A DNA stretch of 50,410 bases from Octopus bimaculoides (lineage: Eukaryota), in contig NC_068983.1 in NCBI RefSeq assembly GCF_001194135.2, forward strand, positions 137,932,169 through 137,982,578, read 5' to 3'. This document shows, in pieces, positions 37,431 to 48,461 of the stretch. Both the position numbers and the translations under genes were made by a program. The notes under the pieces are model-generated. The model had not been told where the DNA came from, made no database searches, and worked only from the letters and a program-made list of their open reading frames with translations. The stretch's first letter is position 1. Every line of letters starts with the position of its first letter.

Positions 37431-38668
37431 CTTCCGCTTCTTGTGGAAGGGAAGCGTTCCGATGGTTAGGCGATCCATNNNNNNNNNNNNNNNNNNNNNN
37501 NNNNNNNNNNNNNNNNNNNNNNNNNNNNNNNNNNNNNNNNNNNNNNNNNNNNNNNNNNNNNNNNNNNNNNNNNNNNNNNNNNNNNNNNNNNNNNNNNNNN
37601 NNNNNNNNNNNNNNNNNNNNNNNNNNNNNNNNNNNNNNNNNNNNNNNNNNNNNNNNNNNNNNNNNNNNNNNNNNNNNNNNNNNNNNNNNNNNNNNNNNNN
37701 NNNNNNNNNNNNNNNNNNNNNNNNNNNNNNNNNNNNNNNNNNNNNNNNNNNNNNNNNNNNNNNNNNNNNNNNNNNNNNNNNNNNNNNNNNNNNNNNNNNN
37801 NNNNNNNNNNNNNNNNNNNNNNNNNNNNNNNNNNNNNNNNNNNNNNNNNNNNNNNNNNNNNNNNNNNNNNNNNNNNNNNNNNNNNNNNNNNNNNNNNNNN
37901 NNNNNNNNNNNNNNNNNNNNNNNNNNNNNNNNNNNNNNNNNNNNNNNNNNNNNNNNNNNNNNNNNNNNNNNNNNNNNNNNNNNNNNNNNNNNNNNNNNNN
38001 NNNNNNNNNNNNNNNNNNNNNNNNNNNNNNNNNNNNNNNNNNNNNNNNNNNNNNNNNNNNNNNNNNNNNNNNNNNNNNNNNNNNNNNNNNNNNNNNNNNN
38101 NNNNNNNNNNNNNNNNNNNNNNNNNNNNNNNNNNNNNNNNNNNNNNNNNNNNNNNNNNNNNNNNNNNNNNNNNNNNNNNNNNNNNNNNNNNNNNNNNNNN
38201 NNNNNNNNNNNNNNNNNNNNNNNNNNNNNNNNNNNNNNNNNNNNNNNNNNNNNNNNNNNNNNNNNNNNNNNNNNNNNNNNNNNNNNNNNNNNNNNNNNNN
38301 NNNNNNNNNNNNNNNNNNNNNNNNNNNNNNNNNNNNNNNNNNNNNNNNNNNNNNNNNNNNNNNNNNNNNAGAGAGAGAGAGAGAGAGAGAGAGAGAGCAC
38401 TTCGCTCTCATGTGTCTATTCCCTGCTGAGGTTACCATGGTCTTTTCCGTAGGCTTTTCTCTCCATGGATAAACCTAATGTTACCCCATTTTACACAATT
38501 GACATTTTCTGTGATATACGATACCCCACCCCCTTTTTTGTCTTTTTTCTTTCTTTTTTTTTTGCCCCGACCGATCCCTTTTGATCGGATTTTTGTTTTT
38601 TTAAAGAAAAGCTCTACAGTTGTATTTGTCCCCTCTGTGTGCAGCCCTGTGTGGCTAATAAAAGAAAG
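37431..38668 (+). mobile_element. 5'-truncated L1/Tx1-like LINE spanning an assembly gap
   Basis: Starts LFRFLWKGSVPMVRRS (post-RT F.W.G...V.R motif of L1/Tx1 ORF2). After the gap is a 3' UTR with a ccgatc-N6-gatcgg stem-loop and aataaaagaaagtt joined to (ATCT)n. Continuity across the N gap is assumed. Confidence 0.6.
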
Positions 38669-38704
38669 TTATCTATCTATCTATCTATCTACCTACCTAC
38701 CTAC

Positions 38705-38752
<48 letters not shown>

Positions 38753-39019
38753 GTGTTGACATTAATTTCTCCTATAATGAATAGTGACGATATACATATG
38801 TAATGACATACATACATACATCCAAACGAACCCGAATCGACAAGTTGCGTATTCGGCGTAGAAGACTATTTACCGAAAATACGATGAATATTATCTCTAA
38901 TTTTGAGGCCACAAATATCAACCCTATTAAATAACTGGTTAATCTTTAGATGAATTAACTGAGGGAGCCTTTTATTCACGATCGTAGTGATTTTCGACTG
39001 AAACTTGAATTTAGTATGC

Positions 39020-41440
39020 AGAGAGTTACTACAAAAATATGGTTGGACACAACATCAATAGGAACACAACCGAGGAACAGAAAGAAAACGAAGACAGAAG
39101 CTCAACAAGTAAACAGTTCTTTCTAGATGTAGTTATAGAAGAAACCGTAAGTACAAAACTTATTTCTCTTGGAGTCATGAATTGAAATACTGATCTATTT
39201 AACTGCCACAAGAAAAGCGAAACAAACCCCGCTGTGGATATGAATCGATTGAAATCACATTGGGAAGATCTGCATCCAGAATTAAATCGTTTTACTACGC
39301 CAACGAGCAACATTTGTAGAATATAGGAACAAAGTTAGTAACTGTAACTCTATTAAAAAATCGAAGATTAAAATTCTTTCTAACTCTATAAGCAAAAACG
39401 AAAACGTGAATGACGTGAGACCACCACATTCCAACAGATTCCGTAGTGCCTGCCAACCAAGCTACGTTACTGGCTAAAGTAACTGACCACTGTCCCCCTA
39501 CTACGACTATAGTAAATAGTAGGCACAACCGCAACGATTATTGTAGTTGTAGTGGTAGTTAGCATATACTGCTGAAATGTGCCCTTACTGAAATTTTCTG
39601 AGGAAAAAAAACTTTGGCTTTGAAGTACTCTCTCGAGGAGAGAATATTCTCTACCAAAGTAAGTAAAAAACGACCAGACACGGTACTAAAAGCTGTTAAG
39701 GAAATTGTTGGTGAGTATTTACAGCAGTGAGATGATAGATTAAAGCTGATAGATTAAAGCTTGTCTGTATGCTCTGGCTACTACTGCAAAGCAGTACATG
39801 AATGACATTCAAAAAGTGAACAAAACCGAAACAACAAAGAAACTACCACTATGGGTTTTGAAGACAGAGCAAAAAAATTACTGGTTTACAGAAGACCATC
39901 AGCGATGTGATGATGCTTATTGCGTGCGAACAAGCAAATTACTATACGTCTCACCAACAGAAACTAAAGAAGGAGATAGAAATGATGCTTGGAGACAGCA
40001 AAAAGAAGACACTCACTTGCAAATTGATTACCCTCAAGCAGGAGCTAAAAGCTCTCAGTGAGAAACTCCGACCTCAGAAGAGAATAACCGAGAGAAAAAC
40101 AATAAACAAACAAAATTTAACCGGAACCAAGCAGTAGTATGCAGAAACATGAGAGGAAGAGCAGTGAATATATGCTTAAACCACTTCCTCCGGGACAATT
40201 GTGAAATCAATAACATCCTCAACGCTGAACAAGCAGTTGGGAAGAACAGAGTCTGGGGATGTACCGAGCAATTGTTAATCAACAAAACTGTGATGTCAGA
40301 GTTGCGACAGCATAGAAGGAACCTAGTTTCAATGTGGCTAGACTACAAGAAGGCCTTTGATTCTGTTCCCCACTCATGGATGCTAGAAGCCTTTCAATTT
40401 GCTAAAGTTCCAGTGTGAACAGTCAAAGTCATAGCTGACTTGACTTCATCGTGGACTGCCATCTTAAAATCAAACACAAAGAGTGACTGTATTATCATTG
40501 ATAGAATATCGTATCGCAAAGGCATAGTCCAAGGGGACAGCCTCTTTATGATGTTCATTATACTTCCTGTAAACCCCTCATCATACATGTTAAGGAATTC
40601 TGAAGGATATCTCACTGGTTCACAAGGAAACAGGAATACCAACACTACACACTGTTTCTTTGTGGATGACTTAAAACTTTATACAAAGAATATCCATGAG
40701 ATGAAAAAGAGCCTCGACCAAGTTACAACATTCTCAAAGGATGTAAGGTTGGAGTTTGGTCAGGATAAATGTTCTTATATAGTTGTGAAAAGGGGGAAAA
40801 CTGTAAACCAGACTAGCAACATTTTAGTCAATGACTTGATTGTTTCACCTATATCTGACGAAGAATGCTACAGGTATCTAGGGGTGGATGAAAATATATT
40901 TTCCAATGGCGCCTATAATAAAACATGTGTCACTAAAACATATTACAGACAAATAAAGAAAATTTGGACCTCAGAACTCACTGCATTGAATGAAACAATG
41001 ACCCACAATGTGTTTGCAGTGTCAGTACTCGTACCAATATTTAGGCTGATTGATTGGACGCTCGATGAGATCCGAGTTATTGATGTGAAAACCCGGAAAA
41101 TACTAACAAGCACATATAATTTCCACATAAAAAGTGATGTAGACCGCCTCTACCTAAAAGGTAAACAAGGTGGCAGAAGCTTAACATCGATCCAAATGTC
41201 TTTGAATGTCGCATCATATCTCTTCGGCAACATCTTTTAACCACCAAGTGTCGAAGTGCACCCCTTTACCAAGTTTGCAAACATGAGGCTGATAACACCG
41301 TAAGATTTGAGCAACACTCTTTGTCTGATAACCTAGAATACATGCCCAAAGAAGTCGCATGACTCTACCGCAACGTGTTATCAGCTGAAAAGATGAGCGT
41401 GTACGAGCAGAAGACTATGCATGGATATGTTAGTAGAAGT
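39020..41440 (+). mobile_element. R4/Dong-like non-LTR retrotransposon, internally deleted and 3'-truncated
   Basis: N-terminal ..RLKSHWEDLHPE; RT motifs GCTEQLLINK..WLDYKKAFDSVPHSW, GIVQGDSL, HCFFVDDLKLY, FGQDKC, YRYLGV, DRLYL..GGRSL; ends near YEQKTMHGY. Multiple frameshifts. Confidence 0.88.
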
Positions 41441-42324
41441 TATTATTGGCACGAATTATGGCAGCGATGTGACTATTTTTATTCCTAATTGCCAAACCGT
41501 TTGCGTTTTGACCGCTAACAGGTTTCTTTCAACAAACAAGACATAAAGTTTAGTGTACATGCTAGCTTATTGATAGAATACAATCATTGTTTTGAAGATA
41601 GAATACACCATCGTTGTTGCGGTATATTTTGTTATTGACTTCATAACCAAATTTAGGTTTTGGAATTCTATATAAGGTGATATGTTTTCCTTCCATTTAT
41701 TTCGTTTTGTGTAATTAAAGGCGTTGCGATTGCTTCCTTTTCTAGATAAATTGCAAGACGGCGAGAGGGAGTGTGACTTGTCAAGAAAAAGTAAAAATAA
41801 TGAAGTTTACAACTTTTCATTTTAGCATATGATTTTGCAAAACAGAATTAGTCATTTGAAATTTATTCAGTGGCTTGCAGGCTTGTGGTTTCTTGTTGAG
41901 AAGTTTAGCATGCACTTTTATAATATATCATTTATGCATGTTTTATGCATGTTGTGTGCTGTTTGTCGGTTTTCTCTTTACCGATACTTTTTACTGAGAT
42001 GTTCGTCTATTCTGAAGCCTAGGTGCACTTGTTTCATATAATACAATTAGTTGTGGATTCTTTCTGTTTAGAGGATGTTTCTGTTGTTATTGTGTTGGAG
42101 TTTTTCTGTAGAGTATAGTTTGGTAACCAAATTATTTTTGCATCCATATTCACAAACATTAATCTATTTTAAGATCTTTTACAGCGGGTTTCATTTGTGG
42201 GGAGAGTTTAACAGTTCTTATGAGCGAGGATTTCACAAGTAACATTATATATCTTTACGAACACACACACACACACACACACANNNNNNNNNNNNNNNNN
42301 NNNNNNNNNNNNNNNNNNNNNNNN

Positions 42325-42374
<50 letters not shown>

Positions 42375-42609
42375 ATATTCATAAATGTATGCCCATTTAT
42401 TGTGGTTTTAGTTTAAACTAATGTGATATGTGTCTTTTCTTAACTATATATTTATAATTAAAATAGGGGCATGTGAGAAAAGGTCAACAAACTATAAAAT
42501 GAACCAAAAAATATCTTTGTTCTTCACTTTCATGTTCGGCATGTCTAAAGTAACAAGTCAAGTGACATAATGAACATGGATGTAAAACCATGTTGTTTGT
42601 TTTTGATTA

Positions 42610-42900
42610 CCGAGAGTTGGCGTGGAAAATCTTTCCACTGAGAGTTCCATTATTCGTCTTTTGAACGAAATTCATCCAAGAATGAGTGGAACTTATTACT
42701 GGAGTGATTTAGCGGCTTACGAAACATTTGTTGATTTTCTATATTTTTCTATCATTCACCAAGGTAAACCGTATCACGCTATTTATCTATAACTGACGAA
42801 GCGCATTAAGCTACAATGAGTATATTTGTTCGAAATAATAGAACTTCTTGGAACAGATTTACTCTGCAAAATTCATGTCCTCTGGCAGATAGAAATGGTC
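42610..42900 (+). pseudogene. Possible Merlin/ISXO2-like transposase remnant
   Basis: VENLSTES..FIQE*V[fs]GTYYWSDLAAYETF..TKVNR loosely follows V..RS.ETL..IQE.V.PGT.I.SD.W.AY..H.TVNH. Confidence 0.3.
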
Positions 42901-43211
42901 GCACCTCTACACAATTTCCGGTAGACTGAATATTTTATAAGTGTTGAATAAATGGAACTCTATGTAATGAACAAGACAAGAGAGGTAGGAAATAGATTCT
43001 GATTGCTGTTTGAATAAGATCCCCAAAAAGACACCGTTGACTATTTCACTTACATTATTAAAAATGGAAACGAATTCTTTCGATTAATGCGCTATGGAAA
43101 TGTATGATTTGCATAGCTAAAGTACTGGAGGTGGTTGATTAGAAGAAATGGTCTATCTGCGAAAGTGTATTTAGGATTGTTTTTAATGAATGTGATCATA
43201 TGTATTCAGTC

Positions 43212-43258
<47 letters not shown>

Positions 43259-43321
43259 ACACACACCGTATACTGATATGCTTACATACGTACATACATA
43301 CATGCATGTGTGCATGCATGC

Positions 43322-43359
<38 letters not shown>

Positions 43360-44354
43360 GAGAGAGTGTACGTGTGTGTGCATGAGGGTGTATGTATTTG
43401 CATCTATCGATATATACACATAGATATGCATATACATACTATTACAAACATACGCACACACATACGCACGCACACACACACACATATGTATATATGAATA
43501 CACCGGTATTCATTTATTTATTTTATTGGCGAACAAAATAGACACGTAATATTTAGTCTGGTTTGGACTAGACAAGTTTAGTAACAACGAAAGACTTCAT
43601 TCTCATCTGTTTTATTTTGAATAATACATGAACATCAAGGAATTTAGTTTTATATGGTTTCTTTTATGTTGATTCCTTTTTTCTTCTTACCTTTTCAAAC
43701 AATTACCTTAAACGACAAGAGAATCGGCTATAAAATAACACATCTAATAAGATTTCGGACCAATAAACTATGGTAATTTTTGCCAAGAGAAATATAATAG
43801 ACAAATAAAACGGTAGACTTTACTTACTATGAAACTACAATGCGTATAGGCTAAGTCGTAAAAAGCAACAAATGGTCACCATGATTTCATCTAGATTATT
43901 TATAAGTATAGATCGTCAGAAATGATGTTTGATAACCTATATGTAGATGTTTACGCAGTGTATATCAATCGGATGCGTATATACAGCTGTATATACGCAT
44001 AACAGACTCGTACGTATCCTCTGCCTCACACGCAAACATTTTACCTCATGTAGATATAGCTAATAACCAAAAAACATAATACTCCATCTATACATGTGTA
44101 CATGCATACACACACACACGCACACATAAAATACATACACATGTACAACCATATAACAGAAAGACCAACGGATAGACAGTGTGTGTGTATGTATGTGTTA
44201 GTGTGTGTGTATAGATATGTGTAAGTACATATATACGTTTACGAATACTTACACACATTTACACACACACACGCACACACACAAACACACACACATACAC
44301 ACACCTTGTCTATCCGTCCTTCCGTCTGTCCGTCTGTCTGTTTGTCTGTCTATC

Positions 44355-44835
44355 TTACCGAAGTTACTGAGCACGAAATCAACAGTATAATTAGGATAGT
44401 CAATGAACTCGAGGAGAGGTATGAAATAACATGTGATGCAGATATCTACCTAGGTGCATTGATAAATTCTATTATCAGAAGAACAAAATAATAAAAAAAA
44501 GTAGTGCATGGGTACCTGATACGAAAGACGCAAACCACAGAGAAAATAAGTCATATTGAAAGCTCGGCACGGTGTACCGATAAGTTTATGACATCTCATT
44601 TTCAAGGCTACCGCTTTGCAGTTTAAGAACAAAAGATCTCAGAGACGTACTTGCGACGTGAAAGACTGAAACATTTGACAGCCAACAAATGTAAGTTGTG
44701 AAAAAACTAAGGCTGTCGTCGTTCGCCATATCTTTGCCAACTGCAACAAATTGTCTTCCATATATCATCTTCCCATTAGGCATGATGAGGTGGTCAGAAC
44801 AATCTGGAACAAACTAAGAAAAAGAAATACCAACA
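44355..44835 (+). mobile_element. Second R4/Dong-like fragment (post-RT region with CCHC knuckle)
   Basis: VTEHEINSIIR..VHGYL..MTSHFQGYRFAV*EQ..CKL[C]KTKAVVVRHIFANC (C-X2-C-X8-H-X4-C with a frameshift)..PIRHDEVVRTIW. Confidence 0.8.
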
Positions 44836-45241
44836 GATGAAATTGACTGTATTGAGACTGTATATATATATATACACACACATACACATACACAGTTCAC
44901 AGACGATATCCAGAGATTCTCCGTATAGAACACAACTTAATAGTGACATAGCTCGCTTAAACTTCATACTGGTAAAAAGGGATACATATCCCTCTCTTGT
45001 ACATTTATTAATATTATATCGCCTGAAGATATATTATATCGCGCGTAGCAACGCATTAGATATTTGTAAATTCCATCCAAGGATTGTTGTTATCATTATC
45101 ATATTTATCCTACCTTATATCGGTACAGCTCGATGCAATCCCGAAAAACTGGCTCACTAGTCAGCATCATTAGACTATGGCCGGTATAATAAATTAAGGA
45201 GCTTTATTTGTATATTGAAAGCGTTTCCCATAAACAAATTA

Positions 45242-45281
<40 letters not shown>

Positions 45282-45551
45282 GTTTGTATAAAATTATATA
45301 CGATAGGAATAACCACTAAGTGGTCTCCCTACATGCCGAAAAGAGATGTTAAATCCCCAAACCACGAAAAAACATTTTTTGACAGAGGACATTTGAATTG
45401 AATTCACGATGTATAACGATAACACTCAATATGCACGTCTCTCTTTTGTGATACGGTATATATTCGAATTTTATAAATATATGGCCCCAGCAGTTTCTAC
45501 TGAAGATCCACAAATGATTAATTAATTAATTAATTAATTAAATCATTTTTT

Positions 45552-45674
45552 CCCGATCCCTTTTGATCGGAATTTAACTTTCTTATTTTTCCCCTTTTTT
45601 TCATTTTCGAAAAAAAATCTCTACATTTGTATTTGTCCCCTCTGTGTTCAGCCCTGTGTGGCCAATAAAGAAAG

Positions 45675-45676
<2 letters not shown>
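45552..45676 (+). mobile_element. Second copy of the Tx1-like 3' end, followed by (ATCT)n
   Basis: ccgatcccttttgatcgg...ctctaca.ttgtatttgtcccctctgtg..cagccctgtgtggc.aataaa.gaaagtt matches about 38571-38668; followed by (ATCT)n to about 45747. Confidence 0.75.
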
Positions 45677-45746
<70 letters not shown>

Positions 45747-45834
45747 ACGACAATCTATTGTACCGTTTCTGTCTTTTAACTTTTACCGAAAATATGTTGG
45801 TGAATCTAACCCACAGTCGAAAATATTTACACAC

Positions 45835-45900
45835 GCTGGCACACAGTGCAACCGAATGCGTAACGACATGGTTGTGAAGATAAATTCTTAACCATAGCGA
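45835..45900 (-). mobile_element. SINE head fragment (family of 47442-47925)
   Basis: ggcacacagtg...catggttgtgaag...ttcttaaccatagc resembles the reverse complement of the SINE head at 47445-47515. Confidence 0.45.
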
Positions 45901-46265
45901 TATGTACTGATTCAATTACTAGAGTTTGCGGTAACAAAACTTAATGTAGTGAACCAATAAACTTCAATTCGTTAAAACTATGCAAGTAGTGAGAAGAATC
46001 AATAATGATATTCATGAATACTCGTAAGCTTGGGAAACAATTCCAGGAATTTAAGTTAACCTTAATTAAAAAGTTACTCTGTCTTCCCACTACATTCCAT
46101 TCAAATAGAATGTTGTGGGAGTGACTACGTTAAAGTGTATGCGAACAACCCTCGCATAGTTTGGTCTTATTGGACATCATCAAAGAAAAGTTACTACCAG
46201 ATTTTTAAGCGTTAAATATATGTATATACACACAAGCATACATACATACAGACAGACAGAGACAG

Positions 46266-46315
<50 letters not shown>

Positions 46316-47441
46316 ACGCACACGCACACGCACACACAGATATTCAGGAATATGTCTGCACATAAAAATAGACATATATATATATATATACATATACATA
46401 TACATATATAATTATACATACATCTATCTATCTATGTATCTATCTATATATGTTTATATATTTATATAAATATGCATACAGATATATTTGAATATTAGCA
46501 TTGGACTTGTGCGTGTGTGTATGTGTGTGTATGTGTGTGTGTGCTTGCGTATGGTTGTGTAAGTGTTTGTGTGTATGTGTGTGGGTTCGTGTTTGTATCT
46601 ATATGTATTCGTATTTGCGTGTTGTTTCGTATCTCATATTCGAAATTCACATCTCAGCTACCGCTCATTCATCTGTGTATTCCTTCGCCCTTTCTATACA
46701 TCACTGAATTTCTATCTATTAGTTATTCGTGTTTTATCGAAGTTTCTGGTTGATGTGCCAGTGAATATTTATGTTTCTGAACGCAATCATTTTCATGAAT
46801 TTACGTTCAGACAATTCATGATGGACATTGCTATGCTTTTTAACAAAATACTTTCCATGGATTATTTTACACATAGATTGCATTTTATCCCTTGTCTTTC
46901 CCGCCTTCTTTAACAGGCATGTTATATATTCTAATGCATAGACAGTTACATGCAGGCTAATTAGAGGTCATAATAATTAAAGGTCATTTATTATTTTATA
47001 TTTCTTTTTCAGCTTTTACTGGCAAAATCTCTTTATGCGCTGTTCAAAGCGGTGCTCCATCATAAGCTTAGCTTGTGATAACTGAAACAAAGTAACTAAA
47101 GACCTACAGTCAGAAGGACTTACCCAGTGAAAAATAGCTATCTTGGATGTGCAGTATAGGAAGTAGGATGAAATCCGTTCATCGTTCTGCCAGTGACCCG
47201 ATAACATTCTAATTTTACCATGCTTATATTTTGCTAACAAATATTACGCTATTGAACTAAGCGCAAAGCTAAAAGATTCATAATATGGATTATATTATAA
47301 CGTAATCTAACATACAAGATTGCTAATAAGCCAATGTTGTAACAAAAAAAAAAAAATGCCTCGGTTCTACGCATGAGCCATTATGCGAAGTAGAAGAAAT
47401 GTGAGGCTTTATTTCTTGGAACAAAGACATAAAAGATATGC

Positions 47442-47592
47442 AGGCGTAGCTGTGCAGTAAGAAGTTTGCTTCTCAACCATATGATTCCGGGTTCAGTACC
47501 ACAGCATAGCACCTTGGGCAAGTGTCTTATGCTACAGCCTCGGGCCGACTAAAACCTTATGAGTTGATTTGGTAGATGGAAACTGAAAGAAG

Positions 47593-47661
<69 letters not shown>

Positions 47662-47925
47662 ATGCACACGCACACACACATATAAATATGCATATGTCCA
47701 TGTGTGGGTGTATTCGTGTCTGCACTTGTCCCCCACCGCCACTTAACAACCGGTACTGGTGCGCGTTCGTCCTCGTAAACTAGCGGTTCAGCAAAAGAGA
47801 CCGATAGAATAAGTACTTGGCTTCAAAAAAATAAATCCTGGAATCGATTTGTTCGGCTAAGACCCTTCAGGGCGGTGCTCTAGGATGGCCACAATCAAAT
47901 GACCGAAACAAAATAAAAATAAAAG
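47442..47925 (+). mobile_element. tRNA-derived SINE (second family) with an internal (CA)n expansion
   Basis: caggcgtagctgtgcagtaag (A-box-like), gggttcagtacc (B-box-like), gcaccttgggcaagtgtc core, (CA)n at about 47595-47680, 3' body and A-rich tail. Confidence 0.8.
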
Positions 47926-47994
47926 ATGAAAGATGTATAATATATATAAACACGCATACACATATATTTGGTTTTTATATTTAGCTTGCAGGAT

Positions 47995-48270
47995 TCTCAA
48001 TCTGGGTGGGAACCTCCTACAATTGATCCCGTACGTGTTGGCCTCAGAGGACGTAAAACTATGGTCGTAAAACTATGCCTTCCATCTCATCCGCCTTATG
48101 CGGTTAATCATTTTCTCTAGAAGCATTTTCCTATAAAGCTTGGAATATTCTTTGTTGAATAACCGATGTCGTAAAATTCCTTGATATCTGAGAGCTAGAG
48201 GCTTTCGTGAATATGTTGAAGCGCGTTGTGCTGCCACTGCATTTAAGCGGCACCTGTACAACCACAGGTT
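47995..48270 (-). pseudogene. Penelope-like element N-terminal ORF fragment
   Basis: LYRKMLLEKMINRIRRMRWKA*FY..NTYGINCRRFPP resembles the K.LI.K....IRRMRWKAFF....TYGFKS...PP segment I associate with Penelope-like ORFs. Confidence 0.6.
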
Positions 48271-48461
48271 CTCTTTTAGGGTTCCGGAAAAACGTTACGT
48301 TACGTCCAATCAATTACAATTGTACGTTTCTCCGATTAGCAAGTACAATTCTCGCCTTTGAAAATTTCACAGTATATTGTAAAAGAATATGTTATTCATA
48401 CATTATATACATAAATGAATTATATAATTTTTTTCATATTTATAATCCATAGTTTTTCATA

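Noticed and set aside
37264-38472. ORFs of 327-402 aa (also those at 7194, 18126 and 28210)
   Set aside because: They consist mostly of X residues from N gaps and are artefacts.
47013-47240. Strong plus-strand acceptor near 47013 and minus-strand donor (CTGG/GTAAGT) near 47123
   Set aside because: No matching partner site with a convincing open frame; isolated splice-like motifs are common in AT-rich DNA.
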